From Syntrophaceae bacterium UBA6112 (GTDB lineage: Bacteria > Desulfobacterota > Syntrophia > Syntrophales > UBA5619), in contig DIWG01000018.1 of the NCBI GenBank assembly GCA_002423465.1, positions 12,323 to 76,322 on the forward strand: DNA of 64,000 nucleotides. Reading direction: 5' to 3'. The translations under genes and the position numbers were made by a program. Of this stretch, positions 63,433 through 64,000 are shown in pieces. Under the pieces are notes generated by a model that was not told the origin of the DNA, searched no databases, and saw only the letters and a program-made list of their open reading frames with translations. Position 1 is the first letter of the stretch. Every line of letters starts with the position of its first letter.

Positions 63433-64000
63433 ATGAACGGATTGAAAAGCATCGTGTTTAAAGCCATCCGGCATCGGCGGAAAGCGGTCGCCCTAATCGC
63501 CCTGGTCGTGTTGTTGACCGGCGTTGCCTTCTACCGCTATGCGACAACCCCGGTCAATATCCTGGCCGCCTCCGGGACGGTCGACATCCCGAAGGGGTCC
63601 GGTTTCCTCCGGATTGCGGAGATTCTCAACGACGCCGGTCTGGTCGAAAACCGTCCTTTTTTCTGGGTTCTGGCTCTCGTCAAGCGGGCAAACAGACATG
63701 CCCGGGCGGGTGAATATGAACTGACCGGCGCCATGTCGCCGTCGGCGATCCTCGACAAGCTGGTCCGAGGGGAGGTCAAGGTTTATCCGGTCATGCTGCC
63801 CGAGGACATCACCGTGCGCGAAGTGGCAAAGCGGCTTTCCGCCTTCAGGCTGATCGATGAGAAGGAATTCATGATGCTGGCCGTCAACCGGTCTTTTCTC
63901 GCCTCGCTCGACATCGAAGCGGACAGCATCGAGGGATACCTCTACCCGAACACCTATCGACTTGACCGGTCCATGACGACCCAAGAGATTATCCGGATCA
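63433..64000 (+). CDS. mltG: Endolytic murein transglycosylase MltG (YceG-like), partial; continues beyond the right window edge
   Basis: My own translation: MNGLKSIVFKAIRHRRKAVALIALVVLLTGVAFY (TM anchor) ... AGEYELTGAMSPSAILDKLVRGEV ... IEGYLYPNTYRL, the YceG signature. It is not in the ORF track because no stop falls inside the window. Confidence 0.85.
   Translation, partial: MNGLKSIVFKAIRHRRKAVALIALVVLLTGVAFYRYATTPVNILAASGTVDIPKGSGFLRIAEILNDAGLVENRPFFWVLALVKRANRHARAGEYELTGAMSPSAILDKLVRGEVKVYPVMLPEDITVREVAKRLSAFRLIDEKEFMMLAVNRSFLASLDIEADSIEGYLYPNTYRLDRSMTTQEIIRI

Noticed and set aside
1-64000. tRNA, rRNA, tmRNA or riboswitch genes
   Set aside because: Reading the intergenic regions, I saw no cloverleaf-type T-arm/anticodon arrangement, no rRNA-like stretch and no riboswitch core I could recognise. 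A covariance-model scan (tRNAscan-SE, Infernal/Rfam) would be needed to be certain.

Overview
High-GC bacterial chromosomal window. By eye it is well above 55% GC, with two clearly AT-rich insertions. The gene content (FeoAB, SelB/FdhD, Tol-Pal, EF-P with EpmA/EpmB, many radical SAM enzymes) suggests an anaerobic Desulfobacterota/Syntrophia-like organism; this taxonomic guess is inference only. About 60 protein genes are supportable. I recognised no rRNA, tRNA or CRISPR array. Left to right: copZ-copA, an HD-GYP sensor, YgiQ radical SAM, malic enzyme and feoAB. Next, at 12.5-37.5 kb, comes a very large minus-strand lipid/polyketide-like cluster. It encodes 4 catalytic ketosynthases plus 1 triad-less partner, 3 ACPs, 3 dehydratases, a thioesterase, a CrtI-like flavoenzyme, 4 radical SAM enzymes (2 with B12-binding domains), PlsY and a PlsC-like acyltransferase. 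The cluster is interrupted by an oppositely oriented alcohol dehydrogenase cassette flanked by direct ~105-nt repeats, and by a low-GC lipoprotein gene carrying a G8 tract. At 37.8-41.0 kb lies a 3.2-kb IS1-family element with perfect 22-bp terminal inverted repeats, an 8-bp target duplication and three passenger genes. The rest is housekeeping: polysaccharide deacetylase, MFS transporter, CtpA, the tolQRAB-pal-ybgF operon, epmA-efp-epmB, a baeRF-like protein with a lectin-like partner, YhaM-like nuclease, fdhD-selB, ruvX and mltG. The most interesting candidate for an undescribed system is the orphan radical-SAM-rich acyl-chain and glycerolipid assembly cluster. The passenger-carrying IS element and two structured intergenic repeat families come next. 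All calls rest on reading the sequence and recognising motifs; no database search was run.
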